A stretch of 64,000 nucleotides of DNA from an uncultured Clostridia bacterium (lineage in GTDB: Bacteria > Bacillota > Clostridia > Christensenellales > DTU072): assembly GCA_944372665.1 (NCBI GenBank), contig CALVZV010000002.1:10053-74052 (forward strand), written 5' to 3'. Positions 38,904 through 49,056 of the stretch are shown piece by piece. Below the pieces are notes generated by a model. The model was not told the origin of the DNA. It made no database searches and saw only the letters and a program-made list of their open reading frames with translations. Position 1 is the stretch's first letter, and the number at the start of each line of letters is the position of its first letter. The translations under genes and the position numbers were made by a program.

Positions 38904-40802
38904 TCAGTTCAATATATTGCTTTCCGTGAACCTCAAATCTATATTATTGTTGTCGGGTATATCGCGTACTACTTTTGCGTCGTCGGCTATTATTGCGCCG
39001 TTACCGATCTTTATGCCCGCGGCGATATGTACGCGTTTGCCGATAGTAACGTAATTGCCGATCGTTGCATATTTTTCTATTGTCGTGCCGCGATCTATGG
39101 TGACATAGTTTCCGATAACCACGCCTCTTTCGATACGACCGCCGAAAATATATGTGTGAGCGCCGATTTTGGTTCCGTAATTTATATCTGCCGACGGTCC
39201 GAAAAGACACCCCATTCCTACAGATTTGACCGTGCAAACAGCCCCGGGATATGCGTAATTTCTAAATAATGCGCCCCTAGATAACAATACTTTCGCGAAC
39301 ATTTCGCGTTCGTAGGGATTTTCGACTGCGGACAGATACATTACGTTATCCACGCGTGCGGTTTCCGGAGTTCCGATCGAATCCTCTTCAAAAGTATCGC
39401 ATTCCACTGACTTTTTATAACCGCAAAAACCGTAAACGAACCATCTTGTTTTTTTCAGATTGTCGTTTTCAAGGGCATAGTTGAGTCCTATGGCTAAATC
39501 GCCTGTTCCCATTATGACAATATTGCGGCAGTCTTTTAATATCGTACCTTTTTTCTGCAGCATGTAGCGTTTCAGGCAAAGATAATTCAGTTTTCTTTTT
39601 TTAACGGCTTTGTGTTCAGCCAATATTTCTTTTGCTCTTTCTCCGATTTCCGATTCGTTTATCGGATCAGGCGCCGTGTCGCTGAATCCCAATTTGTATG
39701 CGACGTCGTCGAATAAGAATTCCCATCTTTTATAGGCGCAGTCGGGATGATACGATTTACATATAAATTCAGCCACTTTGTCGGAGCAGGTTTGAGGTTT
39801 GCAAAACTCCTTATAACTCATATCGCGTATAGATTCCGTCGGAAACACTTTTATGCCGTTTTCGTTAAAGAAATGATATAAGGGGCTTTTTTGGGGTAAA
39901 AATACTTTGTTGCCGAAAAGCAGCAGCCTTATTATGTTGCCCAAGGCATTTTGCCTTAAAGCGCCGAAAATACTGATATCAACGTTCCATAGCAGTTCGT
40001 CGTATTCTTCGATCGGCATAAGTTTTAAAATCGGTATGGCTCTTTCTCCGAATACGCTTGTTGCATAATTAACGACGTTTTCTTTATAGTGCGGCGTTAT
40101 ATTTGTCCAGTCGTTGCCGTATGAAAGCGGCAGTAGAACGCGGATGTTGCTTTCGTCTTTGTATTTGCTTATAGCCTGCAACAGTTTTAAATGATTGTTG
40201 AAAGTATATGCGTTGTGCGCGATCTGTACGTAAACTCTACCATTGTTTCTGGGTGCAGGATTACGCAACGACAGCAGCCGATCAAACGTATCTTTTCCCA
40301 GCGGTTTAAATATCGTATATACGTTCTTTTTTGCGTCGCTGAATTTTTCGATATAAATTTCTTTGTCTTCCGGCGTTAGACATACGACGAAAGGAATTCT
40401 TTTTCTGATGCTTTTATTTAATATGTTTACGACGAACGACGTAAAACTTTTATCTTCGCGGATAAAATTGATAAGATCTATCCCGTGTATTATCCAAACC
40501 GTTTTTTTGAGGAACGAAGGATGCAAGAACAAAAGGAGCGACTGAGTTCCGGGACATATCAATCCGTGCCATATTATGACGTCGGCTTGCCGCATTTCTT
40601 CGCATAATTTATTGTAGTTTTGCCGTTTGGAAGAACCATTTAACTCTGCTATGTTACCGCAATTAAACAATTCGCGGTCTGCACCGACGCTTTTATCCCA
40701 AAGCAGAAATCTGTGTTCATCCGCAGGACGATGCTCTCTAACCATATTGATGAAGGTGTTCATCATTCTTTTGCTCGGCATACAGATATGTAGAAATTTC
40801 AT
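38904..40802 (-). CDS. WecF-like (GT56, Fuc4NAc transferase family) glycosyltransferase fused to PglD/NeuD-like hexapeptide domain
   Basis: II.HG, VW...G.DL, N....NNH, PLSYG, RQ.A.GNI..LL..G.KVF; C-terminal IMG.G Rossmann-like part followed by IG hexapeptide repeats. Confidence 0.75.
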   Translation of the reverse strand: MKFLHICMPSKRMMNTFINMVREHRPADEHRFLLWDKSVGADRELFNCGNIAELNGSSKRQNYNKLCEEMRQADVIIWHGLICPGTQSLLLFLHPSFLKKTVWIIHGIDLINFIREDKSFTSFVVNILNKSIRKRIPFVVCLTPEDKEIYIEKFSDAKKNVYTIFKPLGKDTFDRLLSLRNPAPRNNGRVYVQIAHNAYTFNNHLKLLQAISKYKDESNIRVLLPLSYGNDWTNITPHYKENVVNYATSVFGERAIPILKLMPIEEYDELLWNVDISIFGALRQNALGNIIRLLLFGNKVFLPQKSPLYHFFNENGIKVFPTESIRDMSYKEFCKPQTCSDKVAEFICKSYHPDCAYKRWEFLFDDVAYKLGFSDTAPDPINESEIGERAKEILAEHKAVKKRKLNYLCLKRYMLQKKGTILKDCRNIVIMGTGDLAIGLNYALENDNLKKTRWFVYGFCGYKKSVECDTFEEDSIGTPETARVDNVMYLSAVENPYEREMFAKVLLSRGALFRNYAYPGAVCTVKSVGMGCLFGPSADINYGTKIGAHTYIFGGRIERGVVIGNYVTIDRGTTIEKYATIGNYVTIGKRVHIAAGIKIGNGAIIADDAKVVRDIPDNNNIDLRFTESNILN

Positions 40803-40823
40803 ATAGGAGCGCTCCTTTGAGAT

Positions 40824-41762
40824 TTATCTTGAACAGGTCAGTTTGGTAAATATTTTTTTCACAAGCCAGACAGGGGAATATATCAATATAGGAAACAATT
40901 TCCCGTTTTCACTTTTTATAGATCGAATAACATTCAAAGCGTTTTTATCGCCACAAATATATTTTGCGACAGCACTTAAAAATAAGTCACGCCTATACTG
41001 TTCAAAGCGGACTGGTTTACCGAAGATATCACTACAGAACAATTCCAAATTATGCGTAATATCGTATTCGGACATTGTTCTTGCTTTTTCGGAAGAAGTG
41101 ATACTTTGTTCGACAACTCTATACACGCTCATTGTCTCTTTTATCAAACCGAAGTCGCCATAGGACAAAAAAAGCGCCATTGAAAATCTATCGGTAAGTT
41201 TCAAAAAAGCGTACTTTTCCAGCAAATCGATATTTTTTCGCTCTAAAAAAATGTTTTTTCTTAAAAAGGTGCTCGGCTGACCCGGCAAATAGTGTCCTTT
41301 GAAATCTTTAAAAGAAAATCTTTGTCGTTCTTTGACAAAGCTGATTCTCTGTTTTACGATTGCCTTGTCTTTTTCGTTAACAACCTTAAATTTATGAGTA
41401 CAACCGATAAATTCCGGGTGTGTTTCAAGAAAATCAACTTGCTTTTGAAGCTTCATTGGATCCGTCCAATAGTCATCTCCGTCCAAAAGCGCTAAATATT
41501 TACCTCGTGTTTCTCTTAGCAGTAACAGATAATTTTGGGCGGCTCCGATATTTTCGGTTCGCCAAAACACACGAATTTCCGGGTGCTTTTTCGAATACGC
41601 TTTTAGTATTTGCGACGTATTATCGTTTGACATATCGTCGCCGATTAAGATTTCTACGTCAAAATTGCATTGTTGAGCGCATACGCTGTCCAATGCTTTT
41701 TGGATAAATGAATGGCTGTTAAAAGTTGCCATTATTATGCTAACAAAAGGTGACGAGTCCAT
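40824..41762 (-). CDS. Glycosyltransferase family 2
   Basis: VSII..TFN, IGDD.S.D, N.G, GKY.A.LDGDDYW.D..KLQKQ. Confidence 0.92.
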   Translation of the reverse strand: MDSSPFVSIIMATFNSHSFIQKALDSVCAQQCNFDVEILIGDDMSNDNTSQILKAYSKKHPEIRVFWRTENIGAAQNYLLLLRETRGKYLALLDGDDYWTDPMKLQKQVDFLETHPEFIGCTHKFKVVNEKDKAIVKQRISFVKERQRFSFKDFKGHYLPGQPSTFLRKNIFLERKNIDLLEKYAFLKLTDRFSMALFLSYGDFGLIKETMSVYRVVEQSITSSEKARTMSEYDITHNLELFCSDIFGKPVRFEQYRRDLFLSAVAKYICGDKNALNVIRSIKSENGKLFPILIYSPVWLVKKIFTKLTCSR

Positions 41763-41768
41763 CCTTGC

Positions 41769-43100
41769 TCAAATTGATTCGACGACAATTCGTTTATTAC
41801 CATTATCGAACGCATGCGGTTCCGAAACGATTTTTGAGTTCATAACCACCATTTTAACCATGGTTCCCTGGAAAGCGTTGTCATATATTTTCAGGATCGG
41901 TTTGCCGGCAAGCATTTCGGGTATCTCGCACAGTAGTTTGGAGCCGTTGTATTTGACAATGGATACGTGATCGTCAAATTCGCGGAATGTGTAATCGCCA
42001 AAACGATTCAGTACGAAAAACTTTTTCTTTAGGTACTCATCGAAAATTTCTTTTGCCAAAATCCTGTTGTGATAAGCGTTGATTCCGGACAATTGCAGCA
42101 GTTCCGTTCCTCCTGGAGAATTGGTCTCGATCAAAATCGGATCTCCGGAATCATCTAACGCAATGTCGAGAGACAGTATTCTTTGCTGGGGGATTTGCCC
42201 GTGTATTTTTTGGCTAAAGTCTATGACTTTTTGGAAATCAGGTATTTTGTAACCTTCGAATTTGATTTTGCTGACGGGATGCTCGTAAAATACGTTACCG
42301 TGTTCGTTCAGAGCGTATTTGCCTAGAGTTCCGTCTTGATTTACTCTTACGAAAATGCCTCCGCGTGCAGCGTTGTCTACGCGTCCAGCTTGTCCGATGC
42401 GTAGGACTTCGCCGTTGTAATATAAAACACCTCTCCAAGACAACGACGACACACGGAAAGTATTAAGACTGCCGGAGTAAAAATCTGAAATGCTTTTATG
42501 GTTTTTTACGACTTTCTGTACAATGAAATCCTTGGAATATGATAGAAACAATTTTTTTATAGTTTCTCTGTCGGTGCCGGTTTTAATAAAATTAATGCCT
42601 ATACCTTCTCCTTCCTGGCTTGGCTTAACCAGCAGCTCGGGCTCCTCTTTAAGGGCAGCCTGCGTCAGGCTTACGGCTTGGTCTAACGATATCATATCCC
42701 TATGCGCGTCCTGATAAAAGCCGTAATTATTACAGACGATCGTTGTGGGGCATTTAATTCCGCAGAACACAAAAGGCATATTTATTTTGCTGCGGCAGTA
42801 GGTGTATGAATAATGATTCCAAAAAGTGTTCAGCAAAAAAAATTGAGTTCCGAAACCCATATAGGAGGGGTCGAAAATTCCGCTGGCTCTGGAAAATATC
42901 CACTGAATCTTCTCATTGTTTTTAATTGCGAAACCGTACGAATCCCAGAAATCCGCAATTTCGTTTTTTTCATTCGACGAAAGAGGATAATAAATTTCTC
43001 TGTTAGTTTTAGCTGCATGAAAATTATTGACAAACCATTCGTTTCTCGCAAAAGCGCGGTGCTGTCTAAGAACTCTTCCGTCAATATTTACAATGTCCAT
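41769..43100 (-). CDS. Sugar-transfer-associated ATP-grasp protein with short C-terminal BspA/LRR-like extension
   Basis: LVKP....G.GI, IVQ..V.NH, S.NTFRV, DN..RGG, DIALD..G.P..IE.N; start could be 43100 or 43118. Confidence 0.78.
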   Translation of the reverse strand: MDIVNIDGRVLRQHRAFARNEWFVNNFHAAKTNREIYYPLSSNEKNEIADFWDSYGFAIKNNEKIQWIFSRASGIFDPSYMGFGTQFFLLNTFWNHYSYTYCRSKINMPFVFCGIKCPTTIVCNNYGFYQDAHRDMISLDQAVSLTQAALKEEPELLVKPSQEGEGIGINFIKTGTDRETIKKLFLSYSKDFIVQKVVKNHKSISDFYSGSLNTFRVSSLSWRGVLYYNGEVLRIGQAGRVDNAARGGIFVRVNQDGTLGKYALNEHGNVFYEHPVSKIKFEGYKIPDFQKVIDFSQKIHGQIPQQRILSLDIALDDSGDPILIETNSPGGTELLQLSGINAYHNRILAKEIFDEYLKKKFFVLNRFGDYTFREFDDHVSIVKYNGSKLLCEIPEMLAGKPILKIYDNAFQGTMVKMVVMNSKIVSEPHAFDNGNKRIVVESI

Positions 43101-43411
43101 TAATAATTGTTCTCCCAAAAGTATTATTTATTCTTTGAATAGTTTAGCATAGTATTATAACGAGTGCAACAAAAATTATTGAAAAGTAAATAATCTATCT
43201 CGTTCTCCGTTATATTTGTTCGTCGAAGACTTAATAAACAATAATTATTGTTTAGTTTACCATATTATGGAATTTAAGAACCTAAACAGACACAATTCAA
43301 AATTTTAAGTAATATTTTATGAATCACGATAATAATGACTTGCGGAATATGCGCGGTATGTGATAAACTATATCTAAGAATAAATTGCAAGTCTTTGCAA
43401 CGGAGTGTCGG

Positions 43412-44434
43412 ATGAAAAAGATTTTAGTGACGGGCGGAGCCGGATTTATCGGCGGGAATTTTGTTCATTATTTGCTTTCACGTTATCCGGAAGACAAAGT
43501 GATCTGCGTAGACAGTCTGACTTATGCCGGGAATCTTGATACGCTCTCGGATGTGACGGACAACGCTAATTTCGGATTTTATAAGATCGACATCACCGAT
43601 GCCGTTTCGATAGATAAACTTTTTGCCGAAGTGTTACCTGATATAGTCGTAAATTTTGCAGCCGAAAGCCATGTAGACAGGTCCATCGAAGATCCCGGCA
43701 TATTTTTAAGAACAAATATTTTGGGTGTGCAGGTGCTTATGGATGCTTGCCGTAAATATAACGTATCGAGGTATCATCAGGTATCCACGGACGAAGTATA
43801 CGGCGATTTACCTTTGGATAAGCCTGAAATGATGTTTACGGAACAGACGCCTTTACATACTTCAAGCCCGTATTCTGCGTCTAAAGCATCTGCGGATTTA
43901 TTGGTTATGGCTTATTATCGAACTTATAAACTGCCTGTAACCATTTCGCGTTGCTCCAATAACTACGGACCCTATCATTTCCCCGAAAAGCTGATTCCAT
44001 TGATGATAATTAACGCTTTGTATGATAAGCCGTTGCCAGTTTACGGCTCCGGAGCCAACGTACGCGACTGGTTGTACGTGGAAGATCACTGTGCCGCAAT
44101 AGATTTGATAATCAGGAAGGGTAAAGCGGGCGAAGTTTATAACGTAGGCGGACATAACGAAAAGAAGAATATCGATATCGTTAAAACCATCGTAAATAAA
44201 CTTGGTAAAAGCGAAAGACTTATTACTTTTGTCAAGGATCGTGCGGGGCACGATCTGCGTTACGCCATCGATCCATCAAAAATACATGCCGAGTTGGGTT
44301 GGCTGCCCCGTACCGATTTCGATGAGGGGATCGAAAAAACGATCGAGTGGTATATTAACAATAAGCCATGGTGGGAAAAAATAATCAACGGAGAATATCG
44401 AAATTATTACGAGAGAATGTATGAAAACAGATAA
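43412..44434 (+). CDS. rfbB: dTDP-glucose 4,6-dehydratase
   Basis: GGAGFIG, AAESHVDRSI, STDEVYG, PYSASK, NNYGP..FPEK. Confidence 0.97.
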   Translation: MKKILVTGGAGFIGGNFVHYLLSRYPEDKVICVDSLTYAGNLDTLSDVTDNANFGFYKIDITDAVSIDKLFAEVLPDIVVNFAAESHVDRSIEDPGIFLRTNILGVQVLMDACRKYNVSRYHQVSTDEVYGDLPLDKPEMMFTEQTPLHTSSPYSASKASADLLVMAYYRTYKLPVTISRCSNNYGPYHFPEKLIPLMIINALYDKPLPVYGSGANVRDWLYVEDHCAAIDLIIRKGKAGEVYNVGGHNEKKNIDIVKTIVNKLGKSERLITFVKDRAGHDLRYAIDPSKIHAELGWLPRTDFDEGIEKTIEWYINNKPWWEKIINGEYRNYYERMYENR

Positions 44435-45548
44435 TATAACACCTTTGAAAAATCCCGTTTTCGTTACCAGATCGTCGATGCCGTCTTTTAAAGAATATTG
44501 CGACGAGATAAAGGGGATTTGGGAAAGCCATCATTTAACCAATATGGGTCCAAAGCATAATCGCCTTGTACAGAAACTTTCGGAATATTTAAACATTCCC
44601 TCGGTATCGCTATATGCCAACGGACATTTGGCACTGGAAAACATGTTGGAAGCATACAAGGTAAGCGGTGAAGTGATAACTACGCCGTTTACTTTTGTTT
44701 CCACAACAAACGCTTTGGTGCGCAAAGGCTTAAAGCCTGTATTTTGCGATATAAAAAAGGACGATTATACAATAGACCCCTCTAAAATCGAAGCGCTAAT
44801 AACCGAAAAAACGAGTGCGATTTTGGCTGTTCACGTTTATGGCCACGTCTGTGACGACCAAGCAATTTCGGATATTGCTCAAAAGTATGATTTAAAGGTG
44901 TTTTATGATGCCGCACATGCTTTCGGCGTATTGAAAAAAGGTGTTAGCGTGGCGGCTTTGGGAGACTGTTCCATGTTCAGTTTTCACGCCACAAAAGTAT
45001 TTAATACGATTGAAGGCGGGGCATTATGCTGCCGTGAATCTTCCATGTTGGGCGCTTTCGACGCATTTAAAAACTTTGGTCTTGACGCCGATAAAGAATA
45101 TTCCGAAATGGGCGGCAACGCCAAGATGAGTGAATTCCATGCGGCGATGGGCTTGTGTAATCTGCGTCATCTTGATGAAGAAATAGAAAAAAGGAAAAAA
45201 GTCTTTGAACGCTATGCAGACGGGTTGGGTAATACAGAAGGAATTAAGCTGTGCTTTCCCGGGGAGGGAATAACTCACAACTATGCTTACATGCCGGTGC
45301 TTTTTACAGGCGCGTTTAACAGGGATAAAGTATTTGATTCGTTGCAAAAATTAAATATATTCGCCAGAAAATATTTTTATCCGCTGACCAGCGATACGGA
45401 ATGGTATAAAATCAATGTTCCGGAAAGGAAACACACGCCTATAGCCGCTTTTGTGGCGGATAATATTTTGTGTTTGCCTATGTACTCCGAATTATCATCG
45501 GATGAAATAGATATTATCATAAACGCGGTATTGAGATCCGCTGAATAG
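44421..45548 (+). CDS. DegT/DnrJ family sugar aminotransferase (VioA-like)
   Basis: VT...P.......I..IWE...LTN.GP, TPFTF.ST, YDAAHAFG, SFHATKVFNTIEGG. Confidence 0.9.
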   Translation: MKTDNITPLKNPVFVTRSSMPSFKEYCDEIKGIWESHHLTNMGPKHNRLVQKLSEYLNIPSVSLYANGHLALENMLEAYKVSGEVITTPFTFVSTTNALVRKGLKPVFCDIKKDDYTIDPSKIEALITEKTSAILAVHVYGHVCDDQAISDIAQKYDLKVFYDAAHAFGVLKKGVSVAALGDCSMFSFHATKVFNTIEGGALCCRESSMLGAFDAFKNFGLDADKEYSEMGGNAKMSEFHAAMGLCNLRHLDEEIEKRKKVFERYADGLGNTEGIKLCFPGEGITHNYAYMPVLFTGAFNRDKVFDSLQKLNIFARKYFYPLTSDTEWYKINVPERKHTPIAAFVADNILCLPMYSELSSDEIDIIINAVLRSAE

Positions 45549-45557
45549 GGAGCTACA

Positions 45558-46451
45558 ATGAAAGGAATTATTCTTGCAGGTGGAAAGGGAACAAGATTGT
45601 ATCCGATGACGATAGCTGTTTCCAAACAGTTATTGCCGGTTTACGATAAACCGATGATTTATTATCCGTTATCCATTTTATTGCTGGCGGGGATCAGAGA
45701 AATAGCCATTATATCAACGCCGGCAGATATAGACCACTACCGCAATCTGCTCGGCGACGGTAGCAATTTCGGGGCGCAGTTCACATATACCGTTCAGCCG
45801 CAGCCCAGGGGATTAGCGGAGGCGTTTATTCTTTGCGAAGATTTTATCGGACAAGACAGCGTTTGTCTTATCTTGGGAGACAATGTCTTCTACGGGCAGA
45901 ATCTTTCCGTAATATTACGTAAAGCCGTAGGAATTCAGGAAGGAGCTACGGTTTTCGGATATCCGGTTATGAATCCGTGTTCGTTCGGCGTTGTCGAATT
46001 CTCGCCTGACGGAAAAGTAATTTCGATTGAAGAAAAACCGGCTGTCCCGAAATCGAATTATGCCGTGCCCGGGCTTTATTTTTACGATAACAATGTAGTT
46101 AAAATAGCCAAGCAAGTCAAACCGTCCGCCCGCGGAGAAATTGAAATAACTTCTATAAACGAGGAATATCTTAAACAGAATAAACTTAATGTTATTCTGA
46201 TGGGAAGAGGGATCGCGTGGCTTGACACCGGATCTCCAGACGGATTATTGAGCGCTGCGGAATTTGTTTCGACAATCCAGGCCAGACAAGGATATTACGT
46301 ATGCTGTCCGGAGGAAATCGCTTGGCGAAACGGGTTTATCGATTCCGAAAAACTGTTGAGTATTGCCGAATCGATGAAAGGCACGGATTACGGCGCATAT
46401 CTAATGTCAATAAATAAGGATGGCGACAATATCAGACCGAGGATAAAATGA
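45558..46451 (+). CDS. rfbA: Glucose-1-phosphate thymidylyltransferase
   Basis: GIILAGG.GTRLYP, SKQLLPVYDKPMIYYP, EEKP, SARGE.EIT, WLDTG. Confidence 0.97.
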   Translation: MKGIILAGGKGTRLYPMTIAVSKQLLPVYDKPMIYYPLSILLLAGIREIAIISTPADIDHYRNLLGDGSNFGAQFTYTVQPQPRGLAEAFILCEDFIGQDSVCLILGDNVFYGQNLSVILRKAVGIQEGATVFGYPVMNPCSFGVVEFSPDGKVISIEEKPAVPKSNYAVPGLYFYDNNVVKIAKQVKPSARGEIEITSINEEYLKQNKLNVILMGRGIAWLDTGSPDGLLSAAEFVSTIQARQGYYVCCPEEIAWRNGFIDSEKLLSIAESMKGTDYGAYLMSINKDGDNIRPRIK

Positions 46452-47650
46452 TGAAAAAGATTTTAATGCTGGGCGGAACGCGTTATTTGCTTCCCGTCAT
46501 TAAATCTGCCCATAATAAGCACTATAAAGTAATTACATGCGATTATATCCCCGATAATATTGCGCATAAATATTCGGACGAATACTACAATCTTAGCATT
46601 ACCGATAAAGATCAGGTATTAAAGTTGGCAAAATCGCTGGATATTGACGGTATAATGTCTTTCGGCACCGATCCAGGAGTGGAAACGGCTGCCTATGTCG
46701 CCGAAAAAATGAATTTACCGTCGTGTGGCAGCTACGAGACCGTTTGTATTTTACAAAGGAAATCTCTTTTCAGGGAATATCTGAGCCGAAACGGTTTTAA
46801 TGTACCTCGTTTTATGTCTTTCAGAAGTATCGGCGAATGCAAGCAAGCCATAGATGCTTTTACCATGCCTGTTATAGTTAAGCCTACCGACTCTGCCGGG
46901 AGCAAAGGCGTTATGAAGGTATGTGAGGCTGAAGAATTGCCGTTGGCTGTCGACAATGCATTAAAGTATTCACGCAACGGAGAATTCATTGTTGAAGAAT
47001 TTATCGATCCTGATGGATTTGCTTCTGATTCGGATTGTTTTTCGGTTGACGGTAAACTGGCGTTTTATTCCTTTTCCAACCAGCATTTCGACAAAAGAGC
47101 CTCCAATCCGTTTACGCCTTCGGCGTACAGTTGGCCGTCTTCGATGCCAGATGCGGCAAAAGAATATTTGGTTTCGGAACTTGATCGTTTGATAGGTTTG
47201 ATGGCGCTGAGAACGTCGCTTTATAATGTAGAGACAAGGATCGGCAAAAACGGAAAACCTTATATTATGGAATTTTCGCCGAGAGGCGGCGGAAACAGGA
47301 TTTCCGAGATATTATCCCGCGCCACAGGCGTCGATTTAATACAGAAAACCGTAATGGCGGCGGTCGGAGAAAGCGTTGAGATTCCCGAGACTTATGCTTT
47401 TGACGGTTTTTGGGCAGAATGTATCCTTCATTCGTATGTGAACGGAAAATATGACGGTATTTTTATCGATCCTTCCGTTTTGCCTTATGTGCAGGAAATC
47501 GACGAGTGGGTCAAGCCGGGCGACGAAATAAATGTGTTTACAGGCGCGAATGCGGCAGTAGGCACAATTGTGTTTAAATTTGCCGATAAAGACTTTGCTG
47601 CTTCTGCAATGACAAATATTTTTGAATTGATCAAAGTAAAAACGAAATAG
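46448..47650 (+). CDS. ATP-grasp ligase (sugar-cluster type)
   Basis: K..FR..L...GF.VP, PVIVKPTDSAGSKGV, IVEEFI, ME.SPRGGGN. Confidence 0.87.
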   Translation: MMKKILMLGGTRYLLPVIKSAHNKHYKVITCDYIPDNIAHKYSDEYYNLSITDKDQVLKLAKSLDIDGIMSFGTDPGVETAAYVAEKMNLPSCGSYETVCILQRKSLFREYLSRNGFNVPRFMSFRSIGECKQAIDAFTMPVIVKPTDSAGSKGVMKVCEAEELPLAVDNALKYSRNGEFIVEEFIDPDGFASDSDCFSVDGKLAFYSFSNQHFDKRASNPFTPSAYSWPSSMPDAAKEYLVSELDRLIGLMALRTSLYNVETRIGKNGKPYIMEFSPRGGGNRISEILSRATGVDLIQKTVMAAVGESVEIPETYAFDGFWAECILHSYVNGKYDGIFIDPSVLPYVQEIDEWVKPGDEINVFTGANAAVGTIVFKFADKDFAASAMTNIFELIKVKTK

Positions 47651-47660
47651 TAGTTTAACG

Positions 47661-47696
47661 GTAAACGCGCCCGCAAAAAGCTGCGGACGCGTTTAC
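47661..47696. terminator. Bidirectional terminator
   Basis: GTAAACGCGcCCGCA...TGCGGaCGCGTTTAC between convergent genes. Confidence 0.7.
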
Positions 47697-47722
47697 TTTA
47701 TGAGAAGGTGATTGTGTGCGGT

Positions 47723-49054
47723 TTATTCGGGAATTTTGTCTTTCCGATATTTTTGTTTCAGCTTCGCGCTCCATTCCTCCCATTTTTTCGCGCTGAAGCA
47801 TATCGGCTTGTCAAGCGCCGCAAGTATCCCGGGCAGGACTATCACACATAGCGCAACGGCAAAGAAACTGCCTATCGCTATGGCAAGGCATACCTGAACC
47901 GTCGACGGATCCTTGGCGGTAAGCCCGATTATCAGCGTCACGAAAAAGAGTATCGACGACGAAGTCAGAATAGTGTGTATCGAGTTGGAATACGCGGCGG
48001 CAAGCGAATCCACGCGGTCAAGTATTTTACGCTTTTCCCGGTAATTGTTGGTGAACAGTATTGCATAGTCTATCGTAGCGCCCATAAGTATCGCTTGGAC
48101 TATTATCACGGCGAGGTAGTAAAATTCCAGGTGCGCCAGGTACGAAAAGCTTAGCGTCAGATATACGGCGCATTGTATCAAAGCCACCAGCACCGTGGGG
48201 ATTATCAGGGACTTGAAAGTCAGCGCCACGACTATGAATATGAATATGACCGATATAAGCGTTATAAGGTTGACTTCGTCGGAATATGACGCGCGCATTT
48301 CGTAAGCGAGGTATGTATTGCCCATAACGTAACATTCGCCCATGTTCTCCTTTAGCACGGCGTCCAGCCTTTCCACGAACGCAAAGGTTTCGTCTGATTC
48401 CTTGGGCAGCGTTGTGGCTATCATTATCCTGGAATAATTTTCGCCGACAAGCTGGGATTTGGCGGCTTTTATCGTCAGCAACGCCGCGTCGCATTGCTCT
48501 TTGAGCGCGGCGTCGGAAAGTATATAGGTCTTTACAATGTTGGAGACGCTGTCGTCGACCAGCATGTCGCCCAGGATGTAGCATATAAACCCGTACATTT
48601 CGACGCGTTCCGTGCCGTCGAGAGTATCCTTTTTCAGATACGTTTTAAACAGATCCTGCATTATCGCGGTGACCTGCGAGGACATAGAGGGCGGTATATT
48701 CCCGATAAGGTCCGGAAACTGAACCGAAAGCAGCTGCACGGCGTCGTCAACGCTCAGCATGACGCCCAGAGTGTCCGCGTAAGTGGTGACCGATACCACG
48801 TCCTTGTCTGCCTTGATTGCCTCGGTCGTAGCCTTAACCTTGTCTTCAGACGAGTTCGGGTACATGACGACGAACGAGTTTTCTTCCTCGAACACGCTGT
48901 CGATCACTTCCTTGTCGTCATAAACGGGGTACAAAAAGTATTCTATACCGGCCTTGTCCTTCAGCAAAAATCCGACCACGAGCAATGCTATCAATGCGAA
49001 AACGGACACGAATCTTAATTTATCCGCAAGACGCGCTACTTTTTTCGTAAACAT
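47723..49054 (-). CDS. MMPL/RND family transporter, second half
   Basis: ATG 49054 with SD GGAGG; TFKSL..P, MGATIDYAIL, TILTS. Confidence 0.85.
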   Translation of the reverse strand: MFTKKVARLADKLRFVSVFALIALLVVGFLLKDKAGIEYFLYPVYDDKEVIDSVFEEENSFVVMYPNSSEDKVKATTEAIKADKDVVSVTTYADTLGVMLSVDDAVQLLSVQFPDLIGNIPPSMSSQVTAIMQDLFKTYLKKDTLDGTERVEMYGFICYILGDMLVDDSVSNIVKTYILSDAALKEQCDAALLTIKAAKSQLVGENYSRIMIATTLPKESDETFAFVERLDAVLKENMGECYVMGNTYLAYEMRASYSDEVNLITLISVIFIFIVVALTFKSLIIPTVLVALIQCAVYLTLSFSYLAHLEFYYLAVIIVQAILMGATIDYAILFTNNYREKRKILDRVDSLAAAYSNSIHTILTSSSILFFVTLIIGLTAKDPSTVQVCLAIAIGSFFAVALCVIVLPGILAALDKPICFSAKKWEEWSAKLKQKYRKDKIPE

Positions 49055-49056
49055 AT

